From Candidatus Microgenomates bacterium (GTDB lineage: Bacteria; Patescibacteriota; Microgenomatia; UBA1406; GWC2-37-13): a stretch of DNA of 62,862 bases. The notes beneath the pieces were generated by a model. The model had not been told where the DNA came from and made no database searches. It worked only from the letters and a program-made list of their open reading frames with translations. The number at the start of each line of letters is the position of its first letter. The stretch's first letter is position 1. Location of the stretch: assembly GCA_023245215.1 (NCBI GenBank), contig JAHFKS010000001.1:1-62862 (forward strand), given 5' to 3'. The translations under genes were made by a program, and so were the position numbers. Of this stretch, positions 9,407 to 19,395 are shown piece by piece.

Positions 9407-10770
9407 AGGACCAAAACCTGGACTGCCTGGATAAAAAGAATCACCAGGAAAACTTTTGTCGCCAGTTTTAATTTATTTGTCAAAAAACTGCCGGTGATTA
9501 ATATGAGCGGAAACATCAAGGGCAGCCAGATTCTCCCGACTTCGCCTCGAACGGCTCCGGAAAAGTTAAGAAAAATCAATAATAGTGAAAAGAAAATGAA
9601 AAGATGATTCTTTATTCTTTTAAAGAACATCGTCAGATAAGTTAATGTTATAGGGAGGCCGGTGAAGACAAAGAAGTCATAGAGGTTGTAAAAAACCCAG
9701 GGAAGATAGGCTCGGTTTTTCGGCAGACCGATCATCAGCGTGTAGGATACGGAAAAAATATTGTAACCAAAAAATAAATACACAGCGAGGTAAAAGAGGC
9801 CTCCTCCCATAAAAAAAGGAATAATGGTTTTTCTGTTTTTCAGAAAATAATAGGAGAAAAGGATAAGAAGCGGTAGAATTGACAAGCTGAAAAATATTCC
9901 CAGGGAAAAAACCAGCCCGGATATAGCCAGCAGCAGGCGGCTATTTTTTTCTTCGCCTTCAATAAAAATGAGAAAGCCTGACAGAAAAAATATCGGAAAA
10001 TAAACATCAGGGAGCGGCGTAAAAAGAGTCAAGGCGGGAATGAAGATTGACATTAATGCAATTCTCACAGCCGCCTTTATTCCCGATAACTTCCTGCTGA
10101 TTAAAAATAAGGGGATAATGTTTAGAGAGGCGAGAAAAGGAACAAAAAAAGCGGAAAAAACCGCGGCCGATTTTTGATTTAGAGTCAGGCCCTTCCAAAT
10201 TATTTGGACATCATTGTGCTGCGGAATAAGGTTGGAGACAAAATTATTTATCAGGGGAATGAAGTTTACCAGTTTTTCCATCAGCCAATAAAAGATGATT
10301 GGACCCGGCGGGTGGCCGGCGGCGTGCATGGAAAAATTGAGGACGTTTTTTTGATAGTTAGAAAAAAAACTTCCAAGATTTTTAATTTTAACTGCTTCGG
10401 TAAAATAGCCGTTCAGTCCGGGGTTGATGACTCTATGAATTAAAACCGAAATCCCGCTCCTACTAAAATAAAGCACCGATAGCTGAAAGAAGTATGACAG
10501 AATGACTAATAAGACTAATAAAACCCATAAGTCTAATGAGGCCAATTTCTTCTTTTTGTCAAAAAAATATCCAATATACAAAATAAAAGATATTATCATT
10601 AAAGGCGCCCAGACCCGATTTAAAGTATTTACAAATTGATAGGGCCAGCGCCAATCCGGCGGCCAGGGACCGGGTCCGCGGAGGAACGGCGAGACATTAA
10701 AGCCGATTACAACAAAAAAAACCAGCGAAGCCAGGATAATCGCCGATACCAACTTTTTATTGAAGCTCAT
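9379..10770 (-). CDS. Polytopic membrane protein, probable GT-C-fold glycosyltransferase
   Basis: Many TM segments; HPPG loop motif and GEVGRIWLP near the C-terminus; inside a glycan cluster. Confidence 0.55.
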   Translation of the reverse strand: MSFNKKLVSAIILASLVFFVVIGFNVSPFLRGPGPWPPDWRWPYQFVNTLNRVWAPLMIISFILYIGYFFDKKKKLASLDLWVLLVLLVILSYFFQLSVLYFSRSGISVLIHRVINPGLNGYFTEAVKIKNLGSFFSNYQKNVLNFSMHAAGHPPGPIIFYWLMEKLVNFIPLINNFVSNLIPQHNDVQIIWKGLTLNQKSAAVFSAFFVPFLASLNIIPLFLISRKLSGIKAAVRIALMSIFIPALTLFTPLPDVYFPIFFLSGFLIFIEGEEKNSRLLLAISGLVFSLGIFFSLSILPLLILFSYYFLKNRKTIIPFFMGGGLFYLAVYLFFGYNIFSVSYTLMIGLPKNRAYLPWVFYNLYDFFVFTGLPITLTYLTMFFKRIKNHLFIFFSLLLIFLNFSGAVRGEVGRIWLPLMFPLILITGSFLTNKLKLATKVFLVILFIQAVQVLVLQEFWVTLW

Positions 10771-10804
10771 TTTGTTTCATATTTTATCAGATATAATATT
10801 TAGC

Positions 10805-11896
10805 ATGCTAGAGAAGAAAAAAACCGCCGTTGTTTACGACTGGCTTGATAAGTGGGGTGGAGTCGAGAGAGTTCTTCTGACATTCCACCAGATGTATCCG
10901 GAAGCGGATTTTTTTACTTCCTATTTTGACCCCAAAAAGGCCGCCTGGGCGAAGAATCTAAAAATAAAAACTTCTTTTATCCAAAAACTTCCGGGATTTA
11001 TAAAAGAGAGCAGGATTGCATCTCTGCCTTTTTACCCGTATGCTTTTGAAACATTTGATTTCAGGGATTACGGCCTGGTGATTTCCGTCACTTCGACTTT
11101 TGCCAAATCAATCATCACTCAGCCGGGAACAAAACATATCTGTTATCTCCTTACGCCACCCCGTTTTTTATGGAGCCACCAGAACGATTATTTTAAAGAA
11201 AATTTTTTAAACAGGAATTATTCTGAATCCTTAAAAGAATGGGATCTGGTCGCTTCCCAAAGGCCGGATAAAATTATTTCAATTTCAGAAGCCGTCAAAG
11301 AAAGGTGCAAAAAATACTATAAAAGAAATAGCGAAGTTTTATACCCGCCGTTTGACGTTGATTACTGGGAAAAGATTAAGTCAAAATTACAACTTAAAAG
11401 TAAAAATTTTTTCCTTATAGTTTCGAGACTGGAATCATATAAAAAAGTAGATTTGGCAGTAAGAGTTTTTAATAAATTAAGACACAACCTTATTATAGTT
11501 GGGGAAGGGAGCGAGGAAAGTAATTTAAGGAGAATTTCAGGAAAAAATATTAACTTTCTGTCCAAATTGACAGACGCAGAATTGGGAAGATTGTATTCGG
11601 AAGCAGAAGCATTAATTATGCCGCAGAGCGAAGATTTCGGTTATGTGTCCCTGGAGTCGCAGTTTTTCGGGGCTCCGGTGATTTCCTATAAAAAAAGCGG
11701 CAGCGCTGAAACGATTATAGAAGGCAGAACGGGGATTTTCTTTGAAAAACAGACAGAGGGTTCTTTGCGACAAGCGATTGAAAGATATGGCAAAATCAAG
11801 TACAATCTAAAGAGAAATTGTAAGGGGTTTGGCCTGAAAAATATTATGAGATTTGACAAAAATATATTTGTTAATAGTTTTAAATCCGCCGTATGA
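10805..11896 (+). CDS. Glycosyltransferase family 4 (WbaZ/mannosyltransferase-like)
   Basis: VYDWL..WGGVERV, SRLESYKKVD, EDFGYVSLESQ; start moved to ATG 10805. Confidence 0.9.
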   Translation: MLEKKKTAVVYDWLDKWGGVERVLLTFHQMYPEADFFTSYFDPKKAAWAKNLKIKTSFIQKLPGFIKESRIASLPFYPYAFETFDFRDYGLVISVTSTFAKSIITQPGTKHICYLLTPPRFLWSHQNDYFKENFLNRNYSESLKEWDLVASQRPDKIISISEAVKERCKKYYKRNSEVLYPPFDVDYWEKIKSKLQLKSKNFFLIVSRLESYKKVDLAVRVFNKLRHNLIIVGEGSEESNLRRISGKNINFLSKLTDAELGRLYSEAEALIMPQSEDFGYVSLESQFFGAPVISYKKSGSAETIIEGRTGIFFEKQTEGSLRQAIERYGKIKYNLKRNCKGFGLKNIMRFDKNIFVNSFKSAV

Positions 11897-12978
11897 AAGC
11901 AATCATTTTCGCCGGAGGAACTGGGACGAGGCTTTGGCCGCTCTCCAGAAAAAAATCACCCAAGCAGTTTGAAAAACTAGTCGGAAATAAATCTACTTTA
12001 CAGCTGGCCGTCGAAAGGCTGCTGCCGGACTTTAAACTCGAAGACATCTACATTTCTTCAAACTTCAATTATAAAAAAATCATAAATGAACAGCTGCCGC
12101 AGATACCGCAAAAAAATCTGATTTTGGAGCCGGAAAAAAAAGACGTCGCTCCGGCAATCGCCATGTCGCTCGGGATTATTGGAAGGAACAATCCTGACGA
12201 ACCGGTCGCCATTCTTTGGAGCGACCACCTGGTCAAAGAAGATGTTCTTTTCCGGAAAATCCTGAAAGTGGCGGCCGAAGAAATCAAAAAAAATCCGAAT
12301 AAGATTGTTTTTATCGCCCATAAGCCGAGATTCCCCAGCGTCAATCTCGGCTACATTCATTTTGGGGAAAAAATCGGTTCGAAACAGGGAATATCTTTTC
12401 ACCAATTCAAAGACCTGAAATACCGCCCGGATGAAAAAACTGCCAAAAACTTCCTCAATTCAGGCGAATATGCCTGGAACCTGGGTTATTTTGTCACTAC
12501 ATCAAGGTTTATCAACCATTGTTTCAAAAAGTTTGCACCGGAAATACATAAGAGCAACGAAAAAATTCTTGCTTCCTACGGCAAGAAAAACTTTATCAGG
12601 GTTTTAAAGCAGGACTACGGCAGGGTTGAAAGCATTAGTTTTGACAACGCCATTCTTGAAAAACTCGACAAAAAAGACGCCGTAGTCATCGTCGAAGATA
12701 TCGGTTGGAGCGACGTCGGGAGCTGGGAGGCTTTAAAGGAAGCTTTGGAGAGTCACAGTTACGAAAACGTCATCCGCGGTAAAGTCTATCTGGAGCACGT
12801 CAAGGACAGCTTAATCTATAATTACCAGGATGGCAAGCTCGTCGTCGGCGTCGACCTCGACGAGAATATTATCGTCAATACCAACGATGCCATTCTCATC
12901 GCCAAGAAAAGTTCCATGCCGAAAGTAAAAAAGTTAGTGGAAAATTTCAGCGGGACAGAACACGAAAAGCACATTTAA
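11893..12978 (+). CDS. manC: Mannose-1-phosphate guanylyltransferase
   Basis: AGGTGTRLWPLSR..PKQF, ILEP, SDH, GYI, ISFDNAILEK, WSDVGSW. Confidence 0.88.
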   Translation: MKAIIFAGGTGTRLWPLSRKKSPKQFEKLVGNKSTLQLAVERLLPDFKLEDIYISSNFNYKKIINEQLPQIPQKNLILEPEKKDVAPAIAMSLGIIGRNNPDEPVAILWSDHLVKEDVLFRKILKVAAEEIKKNPNKIVFIAHKPRFPSVNLGYIHFGEKIGSKQGISFHQFKDLKYRPDEKTAKNFLNSGEYAWNLGYFVTTSRFINHCFKKFAPEIHKSNEKILASYGKKNFIRVLKQDYGRVESISFDNAILEKLDKKDAVVIVEDIGWSDVGSWEALKEALESHSYENVIRGKVYLEHVKDSLIYNYQDGKLVVGVDLDENIIVNTNDAILIAKKSSMPKVKKLVENFSGTEHEKHI

Positions 12979-12988
12979 AAAAAATTAT

Positions 12989-13651
12989 ATGACTAAATTT
13001 CTCAACGGAGGTTCTTATCAAAAGAAAATAAAAAGAGTTTTTGACATTATCGCCAGCATCATTCTTCTTATAATCTTCAGCCCGATTTCCATCTTGACGG
13101 CAATCGCAATCAGGCTGGACTCTCCAGGTCCGATACTCGCCGACGTACCGGAAAGAATCGGAGAAAAAGGGACAAAATTCAAGATGTATAAGTTCAGGTC
13201 AATGATAAGCAACGCACATTATGCGCTCCGCACCGATCCAAGGTTCAAAAAACTTTTCAGCGAATATAAAAAAGGAAGCTATAAGTTGAAAAAAGACCCG
13301 AGGATAACCAGGGTTGGCAAATTCATAAGGAAGCATTCCATCGATGAAATACCGCAGTTTTTGAACGTTTTTAAAGGTGAAATGAGTCTGGTTGGGCCGC
13401 GCGCCTACTATCCAGACGAGCTGGAAAATCAACTGAAAGAATATCCTCACACTAAAAAATTGGTGAACAAAGTGCTTTCCGTAAAACCTGGGATTACCGG
13501 ACTATGGCAGGTTTCCGGCCGGTCAGAAGTCAACTTTGACAAAAGGATTGAAATTGACGCAGAATATGTGGATAATATATCTTTATGGAAAGATTTACAA
13601 ATTATCTTCAGAACACCGATAGTTATGGTGAGCGGCAGAGGAGCTATCTAA
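12989..13651 (+). CDS. Priming sugar transferase (polyprenyl-phosphate phosphoglycosyltransferase, WbaP/WcaJ catalytic domain)
   Basis: KRVFDI, KFRSM, DPRITRVG, DEIPQ, MSLVGPR, KPGITGLWQVSGR. Confidence 0.93.
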   Translation: MTKFLNGGSYQKKIKRVFDIIASIILLIIFSPISILTAIAIRLDSPGPILADVPERIGEKGTKFKMYKFRSMISNAHYALRTDPRFKKLFSEYKKGSYKLKKDPRITRVGKFIRKHSIDEIPQFLNVFKGEMSLVGPRAYYPDELENQLKEYPHTKKLVNKVLSVKPGITGLWQVSGRSEVNFDKRIEIDAEYVDNISLWKDLQIIFRTPIVMVSGRGAI

Positions 13652-15474
13652 TGTATAGACCAAAAGGTAAAAATCAAAAATCAAAAATAATCGGTTTGTT
13701 GGTGTTGCTGGCTTTTTTCGTTTTATTTATTGTTCTTCCGGTATTAAAGATAAAGTCAAAGGCGACCGCCTTAATGGCTTCGGCAAGAGAAATGAAAGCG
13801 GTATTTGCTAAAAATGATATCACTCTTTTGAAGTCAAAGCTGGGCGGGTTCTCCGACCAATATAAGGACTTTGAAAAAACATCCCAGTCAATCTACTGGT
13901 TGTCTTTTATACCCTATGTTTCAGATTTCAAAAACGGCGTCGAAGCCGGCAGTTATGTCGTCAAAGCGGGTCAAGAGTCGGTCCTGGCCATTGAGCCTTA
14001 TGCCGATTTGATCGGTTTTAAAAAAGGGGAAGTATCCTTTGTAGAAAAGTCAGCCGAAGACAGGCTGCAGACCGCCGTGTTGACGTTGGACAAACTGGTG
14101 CAGAAAGTCGACCCGATCTCCGCCGACATCGAAAAGGCCAATGAAAAAATATCAAAGATAAACCCGGATCGTTATCCAGGAAAGATAGGCAAATCAGATA
14201 TTAAAGGCCAGATCAATAATATCAAAGAACAGTTTGCCGGCGTGAGTTCACTTTTCGTCGACGCCAAACCTCTTATAAAAAAACTGCCGGAGCTTCTTGG
14301 CAGCAAAGAAGAAAAGACATATCTGATGCTTTACCAAAACGATAAAGAAAGGCGGGCGACCGGAGGCTTCCTGACTTTTTACGCCGTCATGAAGATAAAA
14401 GGCGGAAAAATTTCCATTGCCCATTCCGACGACATCTATTCGCTGGACGCCACGATAAACGAAAGGCCGAAGACTCCAAGGGAAATCCTGACTTACCATA
14501 AAGGCGTCAACGCTTTTTATATTAGAGACAGCAACCTTTCCCCTGACTTCGTCCAGTCGATTAAATTATTCAACAGCCTTTACCAAAATAGCGGCGCAAA
14601 AGTACGCTATGACGGCATCATCGCCCTGGATTCGAAGATACTGGTTGACATGCTGACAATTTTCGGCGACACTCAGGTTGACGGAATCAACTTTTCTGCA
14701 AAGACAGACAAAAGATGCGACTGCGCCCAGGTTATTTACACACTTTTTGACATCGTTGACAGGCCGGTGGGCTATTTCAAGGAAAACAGGAAGGGAATTT
14801 TGGGAGACTTGATGTACTCGCTTTTTTATAAAGCCATCGGTTATTCGCCTTCAAAATATTGGGGGACGCTGATGCAGACGATGTATCAAAACCTCCAGGA
14901 AAAACACATCCTGCTTTATTTTGTTGACTCTGACGTCCAAAAGTCTGTCGAACAGCTGGATTTTGCCGGGAGGATACGGGATTACAAGGGCGACTACCTG
15001 CACATCAACAGCGTCAACTTTGCCGGGGCAAAAGCCAACTTGTTTGTCAGCGAAAAAGTTGACTCAAAAACAAACGGTAAAAACCGGGAAGTGACTGTAG
15101 ATTTCAGAAATCCTTATCCTCATTCGGACTGCAACCTTGAGCGGGGAGGCCTGTGTCTCAACGCGACTTTGAGAAACTGGATTCGTTTTTACGTTCCCAA
15201 AGGCTCCAAGCTTGTGAGCTTTCAGGGTTCGGAGAAAAAAGTCCAGACCTATGACGAACTGGATAAGACGGTTTTTGAAGGATACCTTGAAGTGCCGACC
15301 CAAGGCAAAGCAACGGTCATCGTCAAATACATCCTGCCTTCCGGAGTCTCCACCGATTCGATGATGGTCCAAAAGCAGCCCGGCGTGACAGGCCAGGAGT
15401 GGAAAGTCACCGTAGACAACAAAAAAATCTTCGAAGGCATTCTGGAAAAAGATACAGTATGGCGCGGACATTAA
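13651..15474 (+). CDS. DUF4012-like membrane-anchored protein
   Basis: N-terminal TM; YLMLYQN..ERRATGGF, RDSNLSPDF, KANLFV, QKQPG; start at ATG 13651 overlapping the upstream stop. Confidence 0.78.
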   Translation: MYRPKGKNQKSKIIGLLVLLAFFVLFIVLPVLKIKSKATALMASAREMKAVFAKNDITLLKSKLGGFSDQYKDFEKTSQSIYWLSFIPYVSDFKNGVEAGSYVVKAGQESVLAIEPYADLIGFKKGEVSFVEKSAEDRLQTAVLTLDKLVQKVDPISADIEKANEKISKINPDRYPGKIGKSDIKGQINNIKEQFAGVSSLFVDAKPLIKKLPELLGSKEEKTYLMLYQNDKERRATGGFLTFYAVMKIKGGKISIAHSDDIYSLDATINERPKTPREILTYHKGVNAFYIRDSNLSPDFVQSIKLFNSLYQNSGAKVRYDGIIALDSKILVDMLTIFGDTQVDGINFSAKTDKRCDCAQVIYTLFDIVDRPVGYFKENRKGILGDLMYSLFYKAIGYSPSKYWGTLMQTMYQNLQEKHILLYFVDSDVQKSVEQLDFAGRIRDYKGDYLHINSVNFAGAKANLFVSEKVDSKTNGKNREVTVDFRNPYPHSDCNLERGGLCLNATLRNWIRFYVPKGSKLVSFQGSEKKVQTYDELDKTVFEGYLEVPTQGKATVIVKYILPSGVSTDSMMVQKQPGVTGQEWKVTVDNKKIFEGILEKDTVWRGH

Positions 15475-15983
15475 AGACAGAAGCAATTGTTTTGAAAAAG
15501 AAGCCCCTCTTGAATAAAGACGCGCTCGTTTTTTTGTTCTCCAAAGAACAGGGAAAAATAGTCGCCAGCGCCAAAGGCATAAAAAAAATCACCAGCAGGC
15601 GCAGCCCCCACCTTGAAACAGGCAATCTTATATCCGCCTTTTTTTCCAGAAAAGGCGAGCGTTTATACCTCCAGGAAACCAAACTGATTAGCGGCTTTTC
15701 CGAGTTGAAGAGAGACCAGAAAAAAATAAGCAGGCTTTACCAGTTTTTTTATATCTTGGAAAAACTCCTCCCGGAAAACCAGAAAGAAGATATCGTTTAT
15801 AATCTTACCAAATCATTTTTAGTCAAACTATCTCAATCAGCATCGGATTATGACATTCTATCTCTATATTTGAACAAACTTCTTATGGCGCTGGGTTACA
15901 GCAGACAAAGCCACGGCATAATAGAACTGGAAGCTATTATCTCCGATTTGATTAATGAAAAAATGCCCTCATTTAATATATAA
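15459..15983 (+). CDS. recO: DNA repair protein RecO
   Basis: KTEAIVLK, FSKEQGKI..AKGIKKITSRR.PHLE; start ATG 15459; upstream of glyQS. Confidence 0.85.
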   Translation: MARTLKTEAIVLKKKPLLNKDALVFLFSKEQGKIVASAKGIKKITSRRSPHLETGNLISAFFSRKGERLYLQETKLISGFSELKRDQKKISRLYQFFYILEKLLPENQKEDIVYNLTKSFLVKLSQSASDYDILSLYLNKLLMALGYSRQSHGIIELEAIISDLINEKMPSFNI

Positions 15984-15992
15984 TGGAATATT

Positions 15993-17351
15993 ATGGAGAA
16001 CATTATTGCTTTGGCCAAAAGACGGGGGTTTTTTTATCCTTCATCGGAGATTTACGGAGGCTTGGCAAACACCTGGGACTTCGGCCATTACGGAGTCCTG
16101 CTTAAAAATAATCTTCGCGACTGGTGGGTAAAAAACGTCGTCCAGGATAGGGAAGATATCTATCTGGTTGACAGCTCGGTCATCCTCAATCCCAAAGTCT
16201 GGCAGGCTTCCGGCCACGTGACCGGCTTCAATGACGCCCTGGTCGAGTGCAGAAAATGCCACAATCGGACGCGAGCCGACCACCTGATTGAAGATAAATT
16301 AAATAAAAAAGTCGAGGGACTTCCGGTTGAAGAACTGGCCAAAATAATCAAGACTAATAAGCTGAAATGCCCCAAGTGCGGTTCGACTGATTTGACCGAC
16401 CCCAAGCGATTCAACCTCCTTTTTGAAACCCATATCGGGATTGTCGAAGAAAGCAAGTCTTCGGCCTATTTGAGAGGGGAGCTGGCGCAGGGTATTTTCA
16501 TGAATTTCAAGCAGGTGACCGACTCGATGAGGGTCAAGTTTCCATTTGGAATTGCCTCCCAGGGGATCTGTTTCAGAAATGAAATTACTTTGGGCCAGGG
16601 GGTTTTCCGGACTCTCCAGTTTGACCTGATGGAATTTGAATATTTTATAAGAGAGCAGGATTGGGAGAAAACTTATGACTATTGGAAAGAGACGATGTGG
16701 AAAATGGCTTTGGAGCTGGGGTTAGCCAAAGAAAAAATGCGCTGGAGGGAACACGAAGCCTTTGAACGCTCCCACTATTCGAAAAAAACCATGGATATCG
16801 AATATCAATACCCGTTTGGCTGGAAAGAGATGTGGGGGCTGGCCTACCGAACGGACTTTGACCTGAAAAACCACATGAAAAATTCCGGAGCCGACCTCGC
16901 CTACCGCGACCCGAAAACAGGAGAAAAATTTGTTCCACACGTGATTGAGCCGACCTTTGGTTTGTCCCGATTATTGATTACGATGGTCGTCAACGCTTAT
17001 CACGAGGAGGAAGTCAATGGAAAAACCAGAACAGTTTTAAAGATAAAGCCGTTTTTGGCGCCTGTTAAATGCGCTGTCTTTCCTTTGCAGAAAGACGACA
17101 AGTTGAAAAAAGCCGCCCACGAAATATTCAAAAACTTGAAAACAAAAATGTCTTGCGAGTTTGACGACTCGGGCAACATCGGCCAGATGTACCGCCGTCA
17201 GGATGAAATCGGCACGCCCTGCTGTGTTACAATTGATTATCAGACTCTCGAAGATAAAAAAGTCACCGTAAGAGATAGAGACAGTATGAAACAACAGAGA
17301 GTGGACGTTTCTAAATTGGAAGAATATATTAATTTAAAAATTAAAAGTTAA
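15993..17351 (+). CDS. glyQS: Glycine--tRNA ligase (alpha2 type)
   Basis: KRRGF..SSEIYGG, LRGELAQG, FRNEIT, HVIEPTFG, YRRQDEIGTP. Confidence 0.96.
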   Translation: MENIIALAKRRGFFYPSSEIYGGLANTWDFGHYGVLLKNNLRDWWVKNVVQDREDIYLVDSSVILNPKVWQASGHVTGFNDALVECRKCHNRTRADHLIEDKLNKKVEGLPVEELAKIIKTNKLKCPKCGSTDLTDPKRFNLLFETHIGIVEESKSSAYLRGELAQGIFMNFKQVTDSMRVKFPFGIASQGICFRNEITLGQGVFRTLQFDLMEFEYFIREQDWEKTYDYWKETMWKMALELGLAKEKMRWREHEAFERSHYSKKTMDIEYQYPFGWKEMWGLAYRTDFDLKNHMKNSGADLAYRDPKTGEKFVPHVIEPTFGLSRLLITMVVNAYHEEEVNGKTRTVLKIKPFLAPVKCAVFPLQKDDKLKKAAHEIFKNLKTKMSCEFDDSGNIGQMYRRQDEIGTPCCVTIDYQTLEDKKVTVRDRDSMKQQRVDVSKLEEYINLKIKS

Positions 17352-17358
17352 TTTTTTT

Positions 17359-17814
17359 ATGAAGCCAGAATATAAAAAGTATTTGATAATAGGCGGAGTG
17401 GTGGTTTTGTTAGTAGTTGGTTATTGGCTGTTTGCGCGCAACACGATTGTCAAAAAACAAACAGCTGATGAAACCCCGACAGAGCAGGTTTTGCCGACGG
17501 TTGACAGTTCGGTAAAAGTCTCTTTGAAAGCCGTGAGCGCCAACAAAGAAGTTAGTTTGGAAGTCTCCGGAATGCCAGCCGGCACCCAGTCGGTCGACTA
17601 TGAACTGTCTTACCAGACAGCCGCCCAGGGTTTGCAGGGAGTTATCGGAACCGTATCTTCAGACGGCCAGACAAGTTTCAAGAAGCAGCTAACTTTGGGG
17701 ACGTGTTCTTCCGGCACCTGTGTCTACCACCAGGTGGTGGGGAAAATTAATCTGACTCTTAAGTTCACGGGAGATTATGGAGAGAAATTATTCGAAAAAG
17801 AATTTGCGCTATAA
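17359..17814 (+). CDS. Hypothetical membrane-anchored protein (TLGTCSSGTCVYH motif)
   Basis: N-terminal TM, beta-rich ectodomain with a Cys pair. Confidence 0.7.
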   Translation: MKPEYKKYLIIGGVVVLLVVGYWLFARNTIVKKQTADETPTEQVLPTVDSSVKVSLKAVSANKEVSLEVSGMPAGTQSVDYELSYQTAAQGLQGVIGTVSSDGQTSFKKQLTLGTCSSGTCVYHQVVGKINLTLKFTGDYGEKLFEKEFAL

Positions 17815-17848
17815 AAATTTAAAATTTAACATTTGATTTTTGTTATTT
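17814..17848. repeat. Degenerate heptamer tandem array (5 units)
   Basis: AAAATTT AAAATTT AACATTT GATTTTT GTTATTT; AACATTT and GTTATTT also occur at 30457-30484. Confidence 0.55.
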
Positions 17849-17869
17849 AATAAGGGGGTGTAACTTTTT

Positions 17870-18115
17870 ATGCCTATAATCAAGTCTGCTAAAAAAAAGG
17901 TAAGGAAAGATAAAAAAAGGACCGCGGAAAACCTGGTTTACGTAAAAGCTTTCAGAGCTACTTTGAAAGAGATGAAAAAAGGCGGGAAAAACGTCAAAGA
18001 ATTGGTCAAACGCTATTATTCCCAGATTGATAAAGCCGTCAAAAACAACGTCATCCACAAAAACAAGGGAAACAGGTTGAAAAGCAAGGTTAAGAAATTG
18101 TCCTCTTCTAAATGA
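17870..18115 (+). CDS. rpsT: 30S ribosomal protein S20
   Basis: MPIIKSAKK, IDKAVK.NVIHKNK..RLKS. Confidence 0.96.
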   Translation: MPIIKSAKKKVRKDKKRTAENLVYVKAFRATLKEMKKGGKNVKELVKRYYSQIDKAVKNNVIHKNKGNRLKSKVKKLSSSK

Positions 18116-18639
18116 AGTACAAAATTAATCTCTTACCGGAAAAGCAAACGACTTTTCTTGACAGGATAATGTATTTTTCCTTGAACTATCTGCGGTATAT
18201 CATTGTCATTACCCAGCTGGTTGTCATCGGTGTTTTCTTTTACCGTTTCCAAATCGACCAGCGGATTATTGATCTGAAAGAATCGGTCGACCAGAAAAAA
18301 GAGATAGTCGAAATCGTTCTGCCGCTGCTGCAGGAAGCCAGCCGGATAGACAAGAAAAGCGTCGAGATAGACAAGATTTTGAAGAGGCAGGAAAAATTCG
18401 ACTCGATGATCAAATACCTGCTTTCGGTTTTTCCCGAAACAGTCACTTTGACAAATCTGGAATCGGCTGAAGATTCCATGAAAATCACCGGCAATGCCGT
18501 CGACGCCAAACAGCTGCAGACATTTTATGCCCTATTGAAAAAAGAGGGCAGGTTTGGCATCGTTGAGTTTAAAAGCATCAGAAAAAGCGAGGCGGGGTAC
18601 AATTTTATTATGACTTTGGATAAATTTAAATCAGGCTGA
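18112..18639 (+). CDS. PilN-like type IV pilus alignment protein
   Basis: INLLP motif, TM, coiled coil, FPETVTLT..MKITGNA. Confidence 0.8.
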   Translation: MKYKINLLPEKQTTFLDRIMYFSLNYLRYIIVITQLVVIGVFFYRFQIDQRIIDLKESVDQKKEIVEIVLPLLQEASRIDKKSVEIDKILKRQEKFDSMIKYLLSVFPETVTLTNLESAEDSMKITGNAVDAKQLQTFYALLKKEGRFGIVEFKSIRKSEAGYNFIMTLDKFKSG

Positions 18640-18642
18640 AAT

Positions 18643-19212
18643 ATGGATAAACAAGCAGTCACAAAATCTATCTTCACCAAGAAATCTCAGGACTATACTT
18701 TTGTGGTGCTTTTCCTTTTGGTCTTTTCCGTCTTTATCTTCTTTGCCATTGGCCCTTCATTGAGGACGGCTTTTTCCTTAAAAAAAGAAGAAGCTGATTT
18801 AAAGGTGGTTGACACCGTATACGAGCAGAAAATCATGAACATTTCTTCTATCCAGGACCAGATTGAACAGAGCCGGGAAAAACTGCCGCTTTTTAACCAG
18901 GCGATATCTCAATATCCTGAAGTCAATAAAATGGTTGACGACGTCAAGACGATTGCCGACAAAAACCAGTTCACCATAAAGAAAGCCAACATCGCCGACG
19001 TCAACCTTATTCAAAGCAAAAAGCAGATCGACCGGGTAAGGCTGATTATCGAAGGCAAGACGGGCTTTGATAATCTGATAGGTTTTATCAATGATTTATT
19101 CCAGCAGCGGCGGTTAAAAGCGATCACGAATTTGTCTATAAGTCCGGATAGGGAGGCGACTACTTCGGGCCAGCTGGAGGTGATTTTAACCATTGATGGA
19201 TATTACCTATGA
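18643..19212 (+). CDS. PilO-like type IV pilus alignment protein
   Basis: TM, coiled coil, G.FDNL.GFINDL..RRL; directly follows pilN. Confidence 0.72.
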   Translation: MDKQAVTKSIFTKKSQDYTFVVLFLLVFSVFIFFAIGPSLRTAFSLKKEEADLKVVDTVYEQKIMNISSIQDQIEQSREKLPLFNQAISQYPEVNKMVDDVKTIADKNQFTIKKANIADVNLIQSKKQIDRVRLIIEGKTGFDNLIGFINDLFQQRRLKAITNLSISPDREATTSGQLEVILTIDGYYL

Positions 19213-19394
19213 ACAAAAAAGAAGTCCTTTTTTTGTCGATCGGTGTTTTCCTGACGGTGATAGCCTGGCTTGTTGCCGACATTTATCATGCTGCCACCGA
19301 AGACAAAATAAAGGTGAAGATTGACATTCCCAAGCTGGAAAATTATAAAATTAGCAAAGAGCAGTTACAAATAATCGAGAGCAAAAACGAATAA
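19209..19394 (+). CDS. Small single-TM protein of the pil locus
   Basis: 61 aa, one hydrophobic segment, overlaps the pilO stop. Confidence 0.65.
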   Translation: MNKKEVLFLSIGVFLTVIAWLVADIYHAATEDKIKVKIDIPKLENYKISKEQLQIIESKNE

Positions 19395-19395
19395 A

